Origin: Scyliorhinus canicula | Taxonomy: Eukaryota | Assembly (NCBI RefSeq): GCF_902713615.1 | Contig: NW_024055478.1 | Span: 740,363-804,362 of the forward strand | Reading direction: 5' to 3' | Length of the DNA: 64,000 bases | Shown: positions 36,343 through 50,700 of the stretch, in pieces | How positions within the stretch are numbered: the first letter of the stretch is position 1 | How the letters are laid out: every line of letters starts with the position of its first letter | The notes under the pieces: generated by a model | Database searches by the model: none | The model's input: only the letters and a program-made list of their open reading frames with translations | Told to the model about the DNA's origin: nothing | Made by a program: the position numbers and the translations under genes

Positions 36343-39300
36343 TCCACCCTCTTTACAATTGCCGCAGCAATCTAACAAGTAGCAAACCGCATGCCAAACG
36401 TGTGAGACGAGAGCAGGAAACGAGAGATTGGAGCGAGGCTCCCAGGCCATTACAATTTCCTTCTGCTTGCTGTTTTCTGTAAAGATACTGATAGTCAGAA
36501 TATACATTATCCGATTGAACAAACAGTCACACAATGCATGCGGACTATCTGGTGAGAAAAATAGTCTGCACTGCTTAATTTTAAGCACGATCTCGAATCA
36601 GACATTTATAATAATCTTTATTAGTGTCAGAAGTAACACGGGAATGACGTTCCTATGAAATCCTCTTGTCGCTTGCTCGGATTTACTGAGGGAAACATGA
36701 CAAGCACATCTAACAAGCACATCATTCGGGACTTGTGGGAGGAAACCGGAGCACCCAGAGGAAAACCACACAGACACGGGGAGAACGTGCAGACTCCACA
36801 CAGACAGTGACCCAGCAGGGAATCAGACCCCGGGTCACTGTCTGTGTGAAGCAAATGTGCGAACCACTGTGGTACCGTGCCGACCTCGGATTATTTGTTT
36901 ATTTGATGCTACTGCCGGACGTGTGACTGGAAAGATAAACACAATTCCACTGTTTACATGCAACCATGTTCCCTCTGAACTGTCTATACTTTGAGATGGA
37001 TTTTCTCCAGTGCTTAATTCTGGAGAAATACTGACTGTCACAGAAAAAAACAGCTTTCAGGACAGATTCGCAAAGAGACTGAAATGATACTCACCTTGTG
37101 AGTCGCACCATCAGGTTAATTACATTTCAGCTCGCGTCAGTAACATTAACTTGATACTGAGAGTGAAGGAAATCAACTGAAAATCTTTGTCTAGTAGAAT
37201 CGATTTTTTGGCTATTGGAGAAGACCTCGCCAGCATTACCCTACCTTTGGTAAGTTCACGGACGGCTATATTGGCTCCTGCTTCTTTAATCTGATTAAAA
37301 AACATTAATGTCTTCCTGAAAAACAATCTGGACCGACCGTTCGAATCTGCTAAACTGAATCACATGGGGCATGAAATGCTGGCAAATTAGATGGGAATAA
37401 ATGTTTATTGGATTATAGCCGATCTCCACGAACGTGACTTCATTCCAAATGTCAATAACTACGATCTCTATTTGCTTGAAAAGCATCTTCAGGAAGCTAC
37501 CAAAACCTCAAAACTGTTTTCAATCCTTGAGTATGATAGGATGCACATTAAGCTGTATTTTAACATGAATGTCGGACCACATACGTGTGAGTTGTAAAAT
37601 ACATTTTTGAAACGCACTAACGAAACGACGTTCTGAATTGGATTTACAAATCTATATATTTCCATTAACGGGTGAAACGTTTGAACTGAGTCTCGGAGGA
37701 ACATGTGAGGACGGCGTCCTCTGGCGGAAATGGTGAGTACTTGCACATTAATGAGATGCTGATTGAAAGCAGAGAGGAAGTGTGTCGATTCGGGATTTCC
37801 TGTTGCCCAATTGTGTGAGGATGAGCCGTGCAGGTGCCTATGGTCAATGTCAATACCTATATAGACAGTCAACAATAATAAACGCTTAATCACATTAAAT
37901 GGAAATTCAGTCACCCCCTCGCTAATTTGATCCTTTCTTTGCTGCAAAATAAACAGCAACAATCCCCACATTCAGACCAACTGAGTTTCATTTGCTTTCA
38001 ATCTAACTGGCACCGGATCACACGACATCTATGTACAGGTTCCACAGCATCGGGAAGGCTCAATTTTCCGTTTATCAACAAATTATTGATGATTGTACTT
38101 GCGGAAGTGCATTCCTTTGTGACTGCATCGGGTGAACTTCTGGCCGTGGCCTGGGCCACTGTCCAGCTGTTTGACAATCACCTGCTTGATTATCTCTATT
38201 AAACTATTTCAGTCATGCAGCTGCACAATATGCCATTAGTATCAAGAATGATGGATGCCCGTTATGTTTGACGCACATTATGATAGATGTTCATTATGGT
38301 AGATGCCCATTATGTATTGACATTAGAATGTCTAAAGTAAACATGCTGAGGTTTCGCTTTGGCTTGCTGATAACGGTGTTAATCACAATTTACAAATGTG
38401 AGCACCAGAGTTAGGTTGATTCTGTCATTGTCGTTAATGGGGAAGTGTATGCCTTCTTGGAGGTTGCCTCTTTTGTCTGAGATGCTATATCGCTACTTGT
38501 CATCAGATATGGTAATTTCTCAGTTGCAGCACGCGGGAGCTTTATCATATCGGAAAGACACAGTGAGTTGAGATAGTGATGAGGAGTGTTGTGGAATGAC
38601 TCCCCACGATTGTTCATGAGTCAGACACTATTCAGTGCAGGAAAGTTACTGTTGGCGCAGAAATTTCACTGCACTGCTGATCCACCCAATCACAGAAATG
38701 GGCATGCGCAGCAATTTCTCTGGTTATGTGGTCTTGGCAGAGCGACAGCAGCAAATGGACGCAGTGGCCGGTGACAATGAGATTCAAACTGACAGAATTG
38801 TACACGTGACCCTCAGCTGTCTCCGCAAGTGATAGAGCGACAGTGAATCTTTAGATGTCTGTGACTACCCTGCCCTTGCTCGTTCTTCCAAGGGACTGAG
38901 AAACAATGGTGGGGGAAAGGCATTAAGTGACCCGAATTACAGAAAGCTCGGATCCGGTGAGAGGATTTGGTTTATAATAGGTTTGCCTATTAGAAAGCCA
39001 AATTTCAATCGCCTTTTAGATCGGGAACCACCAAACCCACTCCCACCAGTCCAGGATTCTGCTTTTGAACTGATAATCAACTTTTAAATTTGCTTTAGTG
39101 TCATCTTCTCCATCACCATAAGGGCCACGTCCCAGATCGCAACAAAACATAAATAAATAAATGCATTTCTACTCTCCATACCCATTTTCCCACATGCCTC
39201 CTTGTTTGACCTGTGAGATCACTGTGCCGATGGTTCTGGGACTACTGCCTGCTCCATGACGATTACAATTAACCATTAAGTGCAGATAGTCTCTCCGCTG

Positions 39301-41294
39301 AGGGAAGCCGCAATCGCCAGCACCATTGTTTTGGTCAAGTATCCCTTCGATTGTATACACTGAACTGTCTTATTTCACATGAGAATTGTTTGATTTCATT
39401 CTGTAATGTTTCTTTCTGCCATCTCTCTGTTTTTAGCCTCTGTTTCAATGATTTTGCTCATCCAATCATCGTGTTTTCGACACACCTGCATTCCACTAAC
39501 CCTGATCCATGTGTCTCAGTGATACCGTAAAATCTGAGTTCTACATCTGTGCCAGTCTACCCATCTCTCGTCTCTCTGTTCATGTGTTGCACTGTATCTA
39601 AATTAAGTAATGTTCAACCTACCTTCTCACTGTCCACATGACTATACAGAAATATGTCAAGTCCACGGCACGGCATGGGCTTACCGGCTACTCTGACAGG
39701 GAAATAGACTTACTGCTTGATTGTTGTTACATTTTAACAAATTCCTGCTATTTATTTCAGTGTCTGTGGCAGTACATTCAGACACACATTTATCTCCGAC
39801 TCTTTGTGGACGGTATTTGGATGCTTCAATGTCATCCGTCTCGCCACAGACCCCAGAACTATTGAAGCATTTGAGCCTCACATAGAGAAAGGCCTGGACA
39901 CATTCAGCATCAGGATGATAAGTGGCAGCTAATATCTATGCCACAAAAGCAGCATGCAACGTTAATCTCAAACGAGAGGAAATACACCCAGCGACCCTTG
40001 GTACTGTGTCCTCGATCATAAATACCCTGGAGGTTGCCATTGACCAGAAAAATTAACTGGATCCATCGCATAAATACGGCGTTAGAACAGCAGGCAAAAC
40101 AATGCGCATTTTGGAGCGAGGAACTCGTCTCCAAACTCCCAAAGCCTGCCCAACATCGACAGGAAACACACCAGTCATGTGATTGAATTCTCCCACTTGC
40201 CTGGAATAGCGTCATTTCAATAATACTCAGGTAGCGTCACACCATCTGAGATAAAACAGACTCATTGATTTACGCTTCACCCATCATCTGAAACATTCAC
40301 TCACATCACCCACCAGTGCGCATTGGCAGCAGGGCGCGTCATCTGCAAGATTCACAGCAGCAAATTACAAAGACACCTTTGCGAATACTTTCAAACGTTG
40401 CCAGCTCTACCAGCTCGAAAGACAAGGGCAACAGATACATGTGAAGATTGCCATGTGGAAGTCTGCCTTTAGGTCACACAGCATCCTGACTTGGAAATAT
40501 GTCTCTGTTCTTTAACCGGGGAGGACGTGGTGAATTGAATTCCACCACGGCAGCTGGTGAAATTTAAATTCTATAAAAATCTGGGGTAGAAATGTATAAT
40601 GAAAACCATTAACCGTTGTCACTAATTCCCTTTAGAGCAGGAAATCTGTCATCCTTACCTGCTCTCCCACAGGAATGTGTTTGACACATAACTGATAATG
40701 GCAATAAATGTTGGCCCAGTATGGTCACATAAATACTGTCATGAGACAATATCCGGTTATTCCTTCAGCAGGCGCCCTAAATCACATCAATGTGACCGTT
40801 CAAAATGACCCACATTAGCTTGTTGGTGAAGTTCTCTTTCAGAGGGTCCAGAATTGATGGGACGAATGGTCTCCTTCTGCACCGTATGGATTCTATGATG
40901 CGATAATTGACGTGTAAATATGCCTGATTCCTGACAGCGGCGTTTAAAAAAATTGAAGGAGAAAATAAAGTTGCCAACTGAACCGTGAGTGTGATCTGAC
41001 TGGAGTAACTGTTACTACTATCCGAATAATAACGTGAATGGAATTCTGAAAAAAGGCTATTAAAAACAGGAAAATGCCTCTGCTTCCGGGTCACATTGTC
41101 GGCATAGGTTTGATCCGTACACCTAGACCGTACACCTAGACACGGAAGGACAGCTAACCACCTTCCCGGTTCATTGGCGACAGAAGGAAGTGAGATGAGA
41201 ACATCCGGAGACAAGGCAGCAGCTTATTCAGGGCGGGGATCAGATCGGCTGTCTTCAAGTATCCAACTCCCGTTTCACAGAGCGCGCAGCAACA

Positions 41295-41798
41295 ATGCGG
41301 CCACTCAGCATCTGGCTTCTGTGGGGAGGTCTTCTAACAGGTAATTTTGGAACTAACATCTTTCATGGTTTCCATCGTGTCTTCAGCATGGTATGAAATA
41401 ACATTTGAACAGCCGATTATCATATCTGATCGGTTTTGATTTTCTTTCAGATCTGAGTCACGGAGATTCTGTCACTCAGCCGTTTTCCTCGGACGTTGAG
41501 ACAGAAGGAGGAACGGTGACTTTTAACTGTACCTATGATACTGCATCGAGCAGCTATAGCTTACTCTGGTGCCGACAGCACCCAGACACACAGCCCACAT
41601 ATATAATCAGGAAATATTCTGGTGGTGCTGAATATAAAGCAGATTTTGCTGAAGATCGTTTCTCTGTGGATCTTCAGACCTCGATGAAATTCATCAGTTT
41701 AAGTATATCGAGGCTGAAGCTGACTGACACTGCCGTGTATTACTGCGCTTTCTGGGACACACAGTGATAAAAAGCAGCAGCATCCCTGTACAAAAACT
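41295..41798 (+). CDS. TCR alpha/delta-type V segment, apparently functional, extra Cys in FR2 (GDSVTQP family)
   Basis: Leader 41295-41340 (MRPLSIWLLWGGLLT). V exon 41451-41759: GDSVTQPFSSDVETEGGTVTFNC..LLWCRQHPD..DTAVYYCAFWD. RSS CACAGTG 41760-41766, 23 bp, ACAAAAACT 41790-41798. Confidence 0.95.
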
Positions 41799-43219
41799 GT
41801 AGGTGGAAACTGCAGTCTGTTGAAGCATGTGGAGGCTCGCGGGCAGCTGCAGCCACAATGAGCAGCGGAGCTGTCAGCCACTCAGTCACACACGGGAGAG
41901 GAAACCACATCAACTCCCATCAAACTGTCATCTAATTGTATCCAGCATGGGCTGAGAAAACAAACTGATGAATCCAATCCGACCAGCAGACATAGCAGAG
42001 AAACATAATTGAATAGGCCCTTTCTAACCCCCACACCGTGTAACCTGCTGCGCTGTGAGGCCGGTCGTGGTGAGCTCCACATTCCCCCGGTCCAGCGGCA
42101 AACTCTCAGTCAAACATGTATCTGCTCAGTTTAGAGAAGCCGATCTACTAGTACTCGCTCTGTGTCTCTCAGAGCCCGTTGGCGAAGGGTAGAAAAGACA
42201 AAGGGGTGTCGTCAGTATCCCAGGTGGTGATGGTGGCATGTGTGTGGATGGGGAAGGGGTGGGGGTGGCAGCCTCCTGAATGATTCCTCTCTGCTACTGT
42301 GTGAGGCGTCTGCTACTGCAGATTGATTCCAAGGCTACTCCCTAAGAATTGAATGCAGCTAATCGCTGAGCTGATGCACTGAGAGAACCAGCACTCCTCT
42401 ACACAGATACGTTGATGTAATATCCCTTTCATTCAATCATTAGAATTCTCGTCTCCTATCGGTTTTTTAAATATTCAATTGTAGTTTGGTTCTTTTATCA
42501 CACCGTTTTTTCAGTTTATTTTCAAAATTATTTTGCCCAATTATTTCCCCATCTTTCCATTTCCTTCAACCAGTCCAATTTCCCCTGCCGACTCAGGACA
42601 ATATGCAATCTGTATCCATTTCACAGGCAATCTCCCTTCTTTCTGTCCCTGGGCATCCGTTCATCTCCTTTAACATGTGGAGAACCAACCTACCCTGTCC
42701 ATGTGCCAACACGGCAGCACAGTGGTTAGCACAATTGCTTCACAGCGCCTTCTGCACTGTGAATTCTATCTATGAAAAGGACCGTAAAGCAGCGGCTACA
42801 CAGTAGCTGCATTGTGTAACATCGACGGGATGCAACTCGCCAAGATTTCTTCAACAGCACCTTCCATACCGAGACCTCCGAGAATTACAATCACATGGGA
42901 ACACAATACTCTGCATCCTCCTACTCATACAGTTCTCTGGGGTAGAAATCTGCCTTGTGCACTAGCAAAGAAGAAGTGATATCTGAAATCTAATTCTGCT
43001 AACTGCACTGAAAATGGATATCAAATGTTGCATACACTGTATACACTGTATACACTATAACTCCCGTTTCGGGTTATTGCCAGATACCGATTCTTTGTCC
43101 AAAACATTATTGTTTCCATCTCAAAGACATGTGGAATAATGCTCCCACAATTCAAACAGAAGCATCAATAAACGTGATCAGATCTCGGAAAATAATAGGC
43201 AGATTCAGGTTCAAATATA

Positions 43220-43660
43220 GAATTCCTGTAGGTTACAAGGCCATTCGAGCCATAGTCTGCACTGACCTCGGAAAGATCACACTGCCCAATCCCCCACCCT
43301 TGCAACATGATCAGTGCATCCCTGAACACTAAGGGGCAATATCATAGATTATCATAGAATTTACAGTGCACAAGGAGGCCACTCGACCCATCGAGTCTGC
43401 ACCGGCTCTTGGAAAGAGCACCCTACCTGAGGTCAATACCTCCACCCTATCCCCATAACCCAGTAACCCCACCCAACACTAAGGGCAATTTTCGACACTG
43501 AGGGCAATTTATCATGGCCAATCCACCTAACTTGCACATCTTTGAACTATGGAAGGAAACACACTCAGACAAAGGGAGAAAGTGCAAACTCCAATAAGGC
43601 AGTCAGGAAATGAACCCTGGCGCTTTGAGACAACAGTGCTAACCATTGTGCCACCGTTCC
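43220..43660 (-). mobile_element. SINE-derived cluster
   Basis: Reverse complement of the SINE body and tail (ATCATAGAATTTACAGTGC..). Confidence 0.75.
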
Positions 43661-46600
43661 GCCGATGGCATAAGCACAGACTGGGTCTCGTGCATTCTAA
43701 ACTGAGTTCTGGTCTAGCGGAGTATTGGCTGATACAAACTGAGACATGGGCAATGCAGGAATAAGACGGATATCGTACAATACAAGAATAACAGAGGCAG
43801 GGCCGAGTGTTATATAAACAGGGACATAGACAGGTGTAGCATTAACTAAAGCAGGATTGACTTTATTAGAATCTGCCTATCTAGTAGAGTAATAACTGAG
43901 ACATAACCACATGCGATGTAAACAGAATGTTGTTCCAGTTACGATGCACAGATAAACGTTCTGATGCTGTAACCATTGTGACGTGTTTCTTGCCAGACTA
44001 ACCTAGACATGGTTCAGTACGTCATAATCAACGATGTTTAATATAAACAGGGTGTGGGCTGGTATATTAACAACTGATATTCAGCCGAGTGCAGGAAGAC
44101 TGAGACAGAGCCTGTTGCAATGTGATAGAGACATGGCCGAGTGTAACGTAAAACTTGGCGGGGTCTGGGTGAATGTAAGCTGGGTTATTACCTGTTTTAA
44201 ATGTTTTCATGGGATCTTGGCGTCACCAATAATGGCAGCATTTGATGCCAATTCCTAATTGACCTTGAGAATGAGGTGCTGAGCACTCTTATTGAACTTT
44301 GCATTCGATACTGAGTAAGTACACCCACAGAGCTGATAGAAAGGGAGTTCCAGGATTTTAACCAGGGACAGTGAAGGAACACGCATATAGTTCCCATCAG
44401 AATGGTGTGTGGCTTGGCGGCGAACTTGCAGGTCCTGCTGTTACAGTGCATCTGCTGGGTCTGGTCCTTTTAGATGGCTGAGTTCGTGGGTCTGGAAGGT
44501 GGTATAGAAGGAGGCAGTTGTTGCAGTAGATTCTTGTGTATCGCTCACGCTGCTAGAATTGTCCACCCGTGATGCAGGGAGTGAATGTTTCCGCTGGTGG
44601 ATGGGGTGTTCCTTGAGCCGGCCGTTTTGTCCCGGGAGGCGTCGAGATTCTCAAGTTTTGCTTGAGGGGCACACTTCAGACAAATGGAGAATATTCAGTC
44701 AAACTCATGACCTGCCTTACATATAATGTTATAGGGTTTTCGGAAGTCATCGCAGAATTTCCAGCCACTGACCTGCTCTTGTAGCCATATTATTTAAATG
44801 ATTCTCCCAGATCAGTTTTTCACCAATGCTAATCCCTAGGATGTTGATAGTGGGGGATTCAGTCACGGTAGTGTCATTCAAAAATCAAGGTGAGATGGTT
44901 AGAATTTCGCTTTTTGACACTTGTCAACCCTAGTCTGTATGTTGTCAAAGTCTTGCTGCATATGAAGACAGACTGCTTCAGTATTTGAGGAGCCGAATAT
45001 GGTGCAGAGCATTGGGTAATGATCAGAGATCATCCCCACTTCTGACCTTATGGAGAGTGATGCTTGGGCCGGGGATACTATGCTAGAACACGATACGTGA
45101 CAGGATGATCCTTGACACTTTTCATGAAGTTGCTGATGATCGAGTGCAGACTGATGGAGCAATAATTGGCCGGATTGGATTTATGCTGCCTTTTGTGGAC
45201 GGGTTATGATTGGCAATGTTACACATTGTTGGGTACATACCAGTTCCGTACCTGTACTGCAGCAACTTGCCTGGGTCGCAGCCAGTTCTAGGGCACAAAT
45301 CTTCAGTATTATTGTTGGACTATTGCCAGGGATAATAATATTTGCAGCGCCGTAAGCCGTTTCTTGATATCATGTGGAATGAATCAAATTTCCTGAAGAC
45401 TAACATCCATGATGATGAAGACCATCCTCGGCAAGTCTGACAGAAACGTTCAGTCTTGTATTTTGCTCTGACGTGCTGGGGTCCCCATCATTGAAGAGGG
45501 GAATTTTTTTGAGGCTCCTATTTCGGCAATATGTTTAATTTTTCATTCCTATTCAGGTCTGGATGTGGCAAACTGCAGAGGCCAAGATCCTATACATTGA
45601 AAATGGGATCACAGTGATTGTGCGCTATAAACATTGACATGTCCTGGTGAATTATTAATTGTAACAAAGTGCCGTGTATTATAAACAAAGATAGAGTCTA
45701 ACCTAACAAAAATACAGATGGAGCCCAATTTAAAATTAACAGAGACGGGGATCATTGCAGTAATTATTGAGGCAATGTATGTTTCATGCAGTGTAAGACA
45801 TCTCGATTTAAGTGCCATTTGCTGGCCAAACATTGCAATTGCAGTTACTTTGAAAATGTGGTTGTCAGGTGTGGTCCATGATGTTGATGTGACAATAAAC
45901 CATTTCCACAAATATAATATCACATCACCTTCTGCGGGAGGTGCCAGGATTTAAGGTGTAACTCATTTCAGGTGTCGCTGGCTGATTCTCCCACATTGAG
46001 ATCAGCACCACAACAAAGCGGCTCAATTCCTGGTCACACATTTTTGTTCATCTTTGTTAAATAGACGAATGTTTACCTGGGCGCTGTATGGAGTCCAAGG
46101 GAAATTTTATATTCATCTTAATAAACATGGTGCTGGAGAGAGTTTATTGGCTCATTACACAACCCGGAAGATGGTTGGGATCATTCTCTCCGAAGCTCCT
46201 CAGGAAGTTAACATGGGATTTTAATTTGAAAGGGAAAAGGTGCGTGCGTGGAAGACAGAGAGAGTGCGTGAGTGAGAGACTGGGTGCGTTTATGGGCATG
46301 TGTGTATATCGGTTCCTCTGGATATGTTTGTGAGATAGAATTTGTGTGTGCTTGCGTGTGTGTTTGTGTGAAACACATGTTGTGTACAACTGCATTTCAC
46401 AAATATCATGACATCCTACTATTTCCAATAGCAAATACATCCACTAGTATTGACACAAGTTTTGTACATGAAGCTCCCAATTGTCGTTCCGGGTTGTCAT
46501 TTTCTCGGTTTGTGTCTATTCCAAATCTGCTAAAGCCACTGGTCCTGGTGGTTCACACCAGCCCACCGGAAGTGTCGCCATTTTTTCAGTTGCAGCTGAT

Positions 46601-47404
46601 GACACCCAATTGCGGTGATCAATGTTCAGGTTTAGGGACATTATGTCAAGCTGAGAAGAATCCTTGAAGCGGGATATCGGACTTGCCACTGGGATGTGGA
46701 AACTCCTTGGACATGTGACCATCTTCCATTTAGGGACCATACTATAACCGTGCAAACGACCTTTTTAATGGTATTGAGGGGACTTGGAAGCTCTGTCTTT
46801 CAGAGTACTGCCGCATTTCTGATTTTGTCCCGGCAGTAAATATCCACAATGCACTGCAGACAACAAAGATGAAATTGGTTGAGTTGTTTTTCTTGACAGC
46901 TGTAAGTGTTTCTTGTTTCACAGCCATACAAGAAGGTTCTGAGAATTCAGGCCTTATAAACCATCTGCTTGTTCCAAAGGGTCAGCTTGATGATATTCCA
47001 TGGATATTTAATGAGTCAAACGAATATCGCATCTGCTTTCCCCATGTCAGCATTACATTCTACATCAAGGCGTCTCTCAGCATGGAACCCCGGCAGCAGA
47101 ATCGGCTCACCGGCTCTTATTTAGTGTGACCATGGCGAGAGTGCAACACTTTGTCCCACGACCACTGTTCCTCATGCATATGAAAAGGAAGAACAAGTTA
47201 CAGGCGGTGGGGAACAGTCCATGAGTCTCTGTGGATTATGTTTTATTTGGATGACCGCATTTTCCGTGCAGAGGAATTATTTGATGAGGATGTATTGTGA
47301 TTGTCTCCGGTTTGATGACTGAAAGGTTGTAGAAGTTGCAGCCTGACCGACTGAGCAAGTGCATTTCATCCATACCTTCAGAGACAGCGAAGATCATCAG
47401 TATG

Positions 47405-47740
47405 GCAGAGCAGCACGGTAGCATTGTGGATAGCACAATTGCTTCACAGCTCCAGGGTCCCAGGTTCGATTCCAGCTTGGGTCACTGTCTGTGCAGAGTC
47501 TGCACGTTATCCCCGTGTGTGTGTGGGTTTCCTCCGGGTGCTCCGGTTTCCTCCCACAGTCCAAAGATGTGCAGGTTCGGTGGATTGTCCATGTTAAATT
47601 GCCCTTAGTGTTGGGTGGGGTTACTGGGTTATGGGGATAGGGTGGAGGTGTTGACCTTGGGTAGGGTGCTCTTTCCAAGAGCTGGTGCAGACTCGATGGG
47701 CCGAATGTCCTCTTTCTGTACTGTAAATTCTATGATATCT
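47405..47740 (+). mobile_element. tRNA-derived SINE, near full length
   Basis: Same family as 836-1160; tail TAAATTCTATGAT. Confidence 0.85.
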
Positions 47741-50700
47741 AGTATGAAGAAGATGCCGAATAGAGTTGCGTGTGGGACACGGTCCTCTTTCACTCAATTA
47801 TTCACTTAGAATCTATCGGAAGTGGAATCATCAATCTGTACAGTGCAGCGCATTTTGCCATGGAAGGAGTGAATGAGACAGGGGATCTTTAGCAGACAGC
47901 CAATCTTCCCCAAATCTTATAGTCCCTGCTCAGCTGATCGTGTCGAATGTTTATTGAGATTGATGAAAGTAAGGTGAAGAGGTAGGCATGTGGCAGAGGG
48001 AGCAGATCATGTCCAGAGTAAATCTTGCGACACAAACACCGCACCGTGCTTCCAGCTACATTCGGCCTGCAAGCAGATGAAGTGTTTAAAGTGTGAAGCC
48101 AGCAAAGGCCTTCCGAGTGCTGCTTTGAGTGAGATATGTCAATAGTTGTGCAGTTTCCTCTGTCCACTTTGTTTTCAGATATTGGTTATGATTTTGCATC
48201 ATGAATCTTCTCTGGGATGGCTTATACCTTCCAGCAGAGAAGGTAAAGGCCGTTAATGTTCAGAAACATAACAATTATTTTCAACAATTTGCATTCATTC
48301 ATGAATATAAATAATTAGATTCACCAATAGTATCGTTTCACAAAGATTAGTACAGTTTGATACTAAGTTATACAGTGCGGGTATCGCTGGCGAGGCCATT
48401 ATGTATTGTGCATCGCTAATTGCCCTTCACAAAGTGGCGGTGAAATGCGTGTTTGAACCTCTGCAGTCACTCTGGTGTAGGTACACCGACGATGCTGTTA
48501 GGGAGGGAGCTCTAGGCTTTTCAACCAGCGACAGCGAAGTTTCAGCGATATATTTCCAAGTCAGGATAGTGAGTGATTATGAAGGGAATTTCCACGTGGT
48601 GATCTTCCCATGTGTCAGCTGTCCTTTCCTTCTAGAATGTAATGGTCCTGGGTTTGGAAGGCGTTTCACAGGAGATTTGCTGCGTTCCTGCAGTGTATCT
48701 TGTGGATGGTACATTATTGCCATTATTCGCCGGAGGTGGATGGAATGAGTGTTTGCACATGGAGTGACAATAAAATTACTTTGGCCTGGATGGTGTCGAG
48801 ATTCTTCAATGTTGTTGGAGCTGCACCCAACCAGGCAACTGGAGAGAATTTAATTACACTCCAGACTTATGCCTTGTAGATGGTGAACAGGCTTTGGGAG
48901 TCAGGAGGTGAGTTACTCGCTGCAGGCTTCCTAGACCCTGACCGGATCATGCCGGCTCAGTCCAGGACAGTTTCTGGTCAATGGTAACCCCAGGGTATTA
49001 GTAATTGGGGAGTCAGCGATAACAATATCACTGAATGTCAAGGAGAGATTGTTAGATTCTATTTTGGTGTAGGTGCGCATTCTTTAGTACTTCTATGGCG
49101 AATGATATCAATTGTCACAATTCACAAAGTTAAATAATTATATTAATCAATTATCATCAACTCACAACATAACTAGTTATATTCACCAATTATTTTCGGC
49201 ATTTATTTCTTGTAAATGCAATTTATTTCAGGGGGATAGATTTGAGACCAGGAAGCGATCAGCCATGATGATTGAATGGCGGATCAGGCTCGTTGTGCTG
49301 AATTGCCTATTTCTGGTCCTAATTCCTATGTTGCTATGTTTAACATAATTTATTGAGATTAAGTTTCATTGAGATAGGTTTGACCATTCTGTCACCAAGT
49401 AGTAACATCTGCATCAGAATTCAATGTGAAATGGTATTAAACCACACCGAGGATAATGTGCAGCCACCCAGCAGCCTCTGTGCTGTATTGGCAAGTAATG
49501 GACTCAGAGAACCATACAATTTACAATACAAGGAGGCCATTTCTGCCCATCGTCCTGCACCGGCCCTTGCAAAGAGCCCCCTACTTAACACGATACTTCC
49601 ACCTTACATTCGTAGCCCAGGAACCCGACATAACCTTTTGGACACTAAGCGGCAATTTAGCATGGCCAATCAACCTGACCTGAACATCATCGGACTGTGG
49701 GAGGAAACCGGAGCACCCTGAATAAGTCTCCTGGGAGAATGTGCAGTCTCCCCACAAACAGACACCCAAGACAGGAATCGAACCTGGATCCTGGGACTTG
49801 GGGCAGCAGCGCAAACCACTGTGTACGACTCATTGTCATACATAATCCTCTGAAAAATGACTGGAATGTGAGATGATTTTTAATGTGATGGTAAAAATGA
49901 AAATACCTGTACCTAATGTGACGTTAAAGAATCTTTAAATCCCATGTTGTTAGTACACTGTTTTGGAAAGTAATTCAACATTTACAGCTGTCCACTGAGT
50001 TTCACAGTATTTCTGTTTTCACATTAATGTGTTTTTACTCTGGTGTCTTCATTTATTTGGGTAGAGACATCTTGAATGACATATTGTACATGAAATGACT
50101 ACGTGTTCCAAATATTGCAACCGTCCACCAGAACGTAATCATGTTCCCGCTTTCTGTCTTTGAGATGACGATTTGCTATCAGCAGAGAAGAATCAGTAGA
50201 ATTACAGGAATATCTCCAGTTTCCTCTTAGTCCCGTCCAGCTCGTCACTTCCCGATAGTCTGGGGATGGAATTCACCCAGAAAAGCTTGAGTCACCGAAT
50301 GTACTAGACTGACACAAATTATTAAGGGTCAGCTTTAATTTGGGAAGTCACCAACCGCAAAACTGAGAATGTAGAACAGCATTATTCAGGACCATTTATC
50401 CATCCATCCATCAACCCCATTCACCAAAATATTCAGGTAACCAAACAACATCCATCCCTACATCAAAGCAGTAAGCCTTTATATTTCGGTGGATAATGGG
50501 GGAGTATTAATGTCATTGGACCAGTACTCCAAAGGCCCAAGCTAATTCTGTGGTGACTTGGGTGCAAATCCCACCATGGCCGGTGGGGGAATTTAAGTTC
50601 AATTAATAAATCTGGAATACATACTAATGGTGATCATGAAATCCTCTCTACTTCACCAATGAAGGAAATCTGATAACCCTCCCTGGTCTCACCTACATGT

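Noticed and set aside
46869-47129. 86-aa ORF with a signal-like N-terminus (MKLVELFFLTAVSVSCFTA)
   Set aside because: The GTAAGT is phase 0, unlike V leaders. There is no downstream V exon and no recognisable domain.
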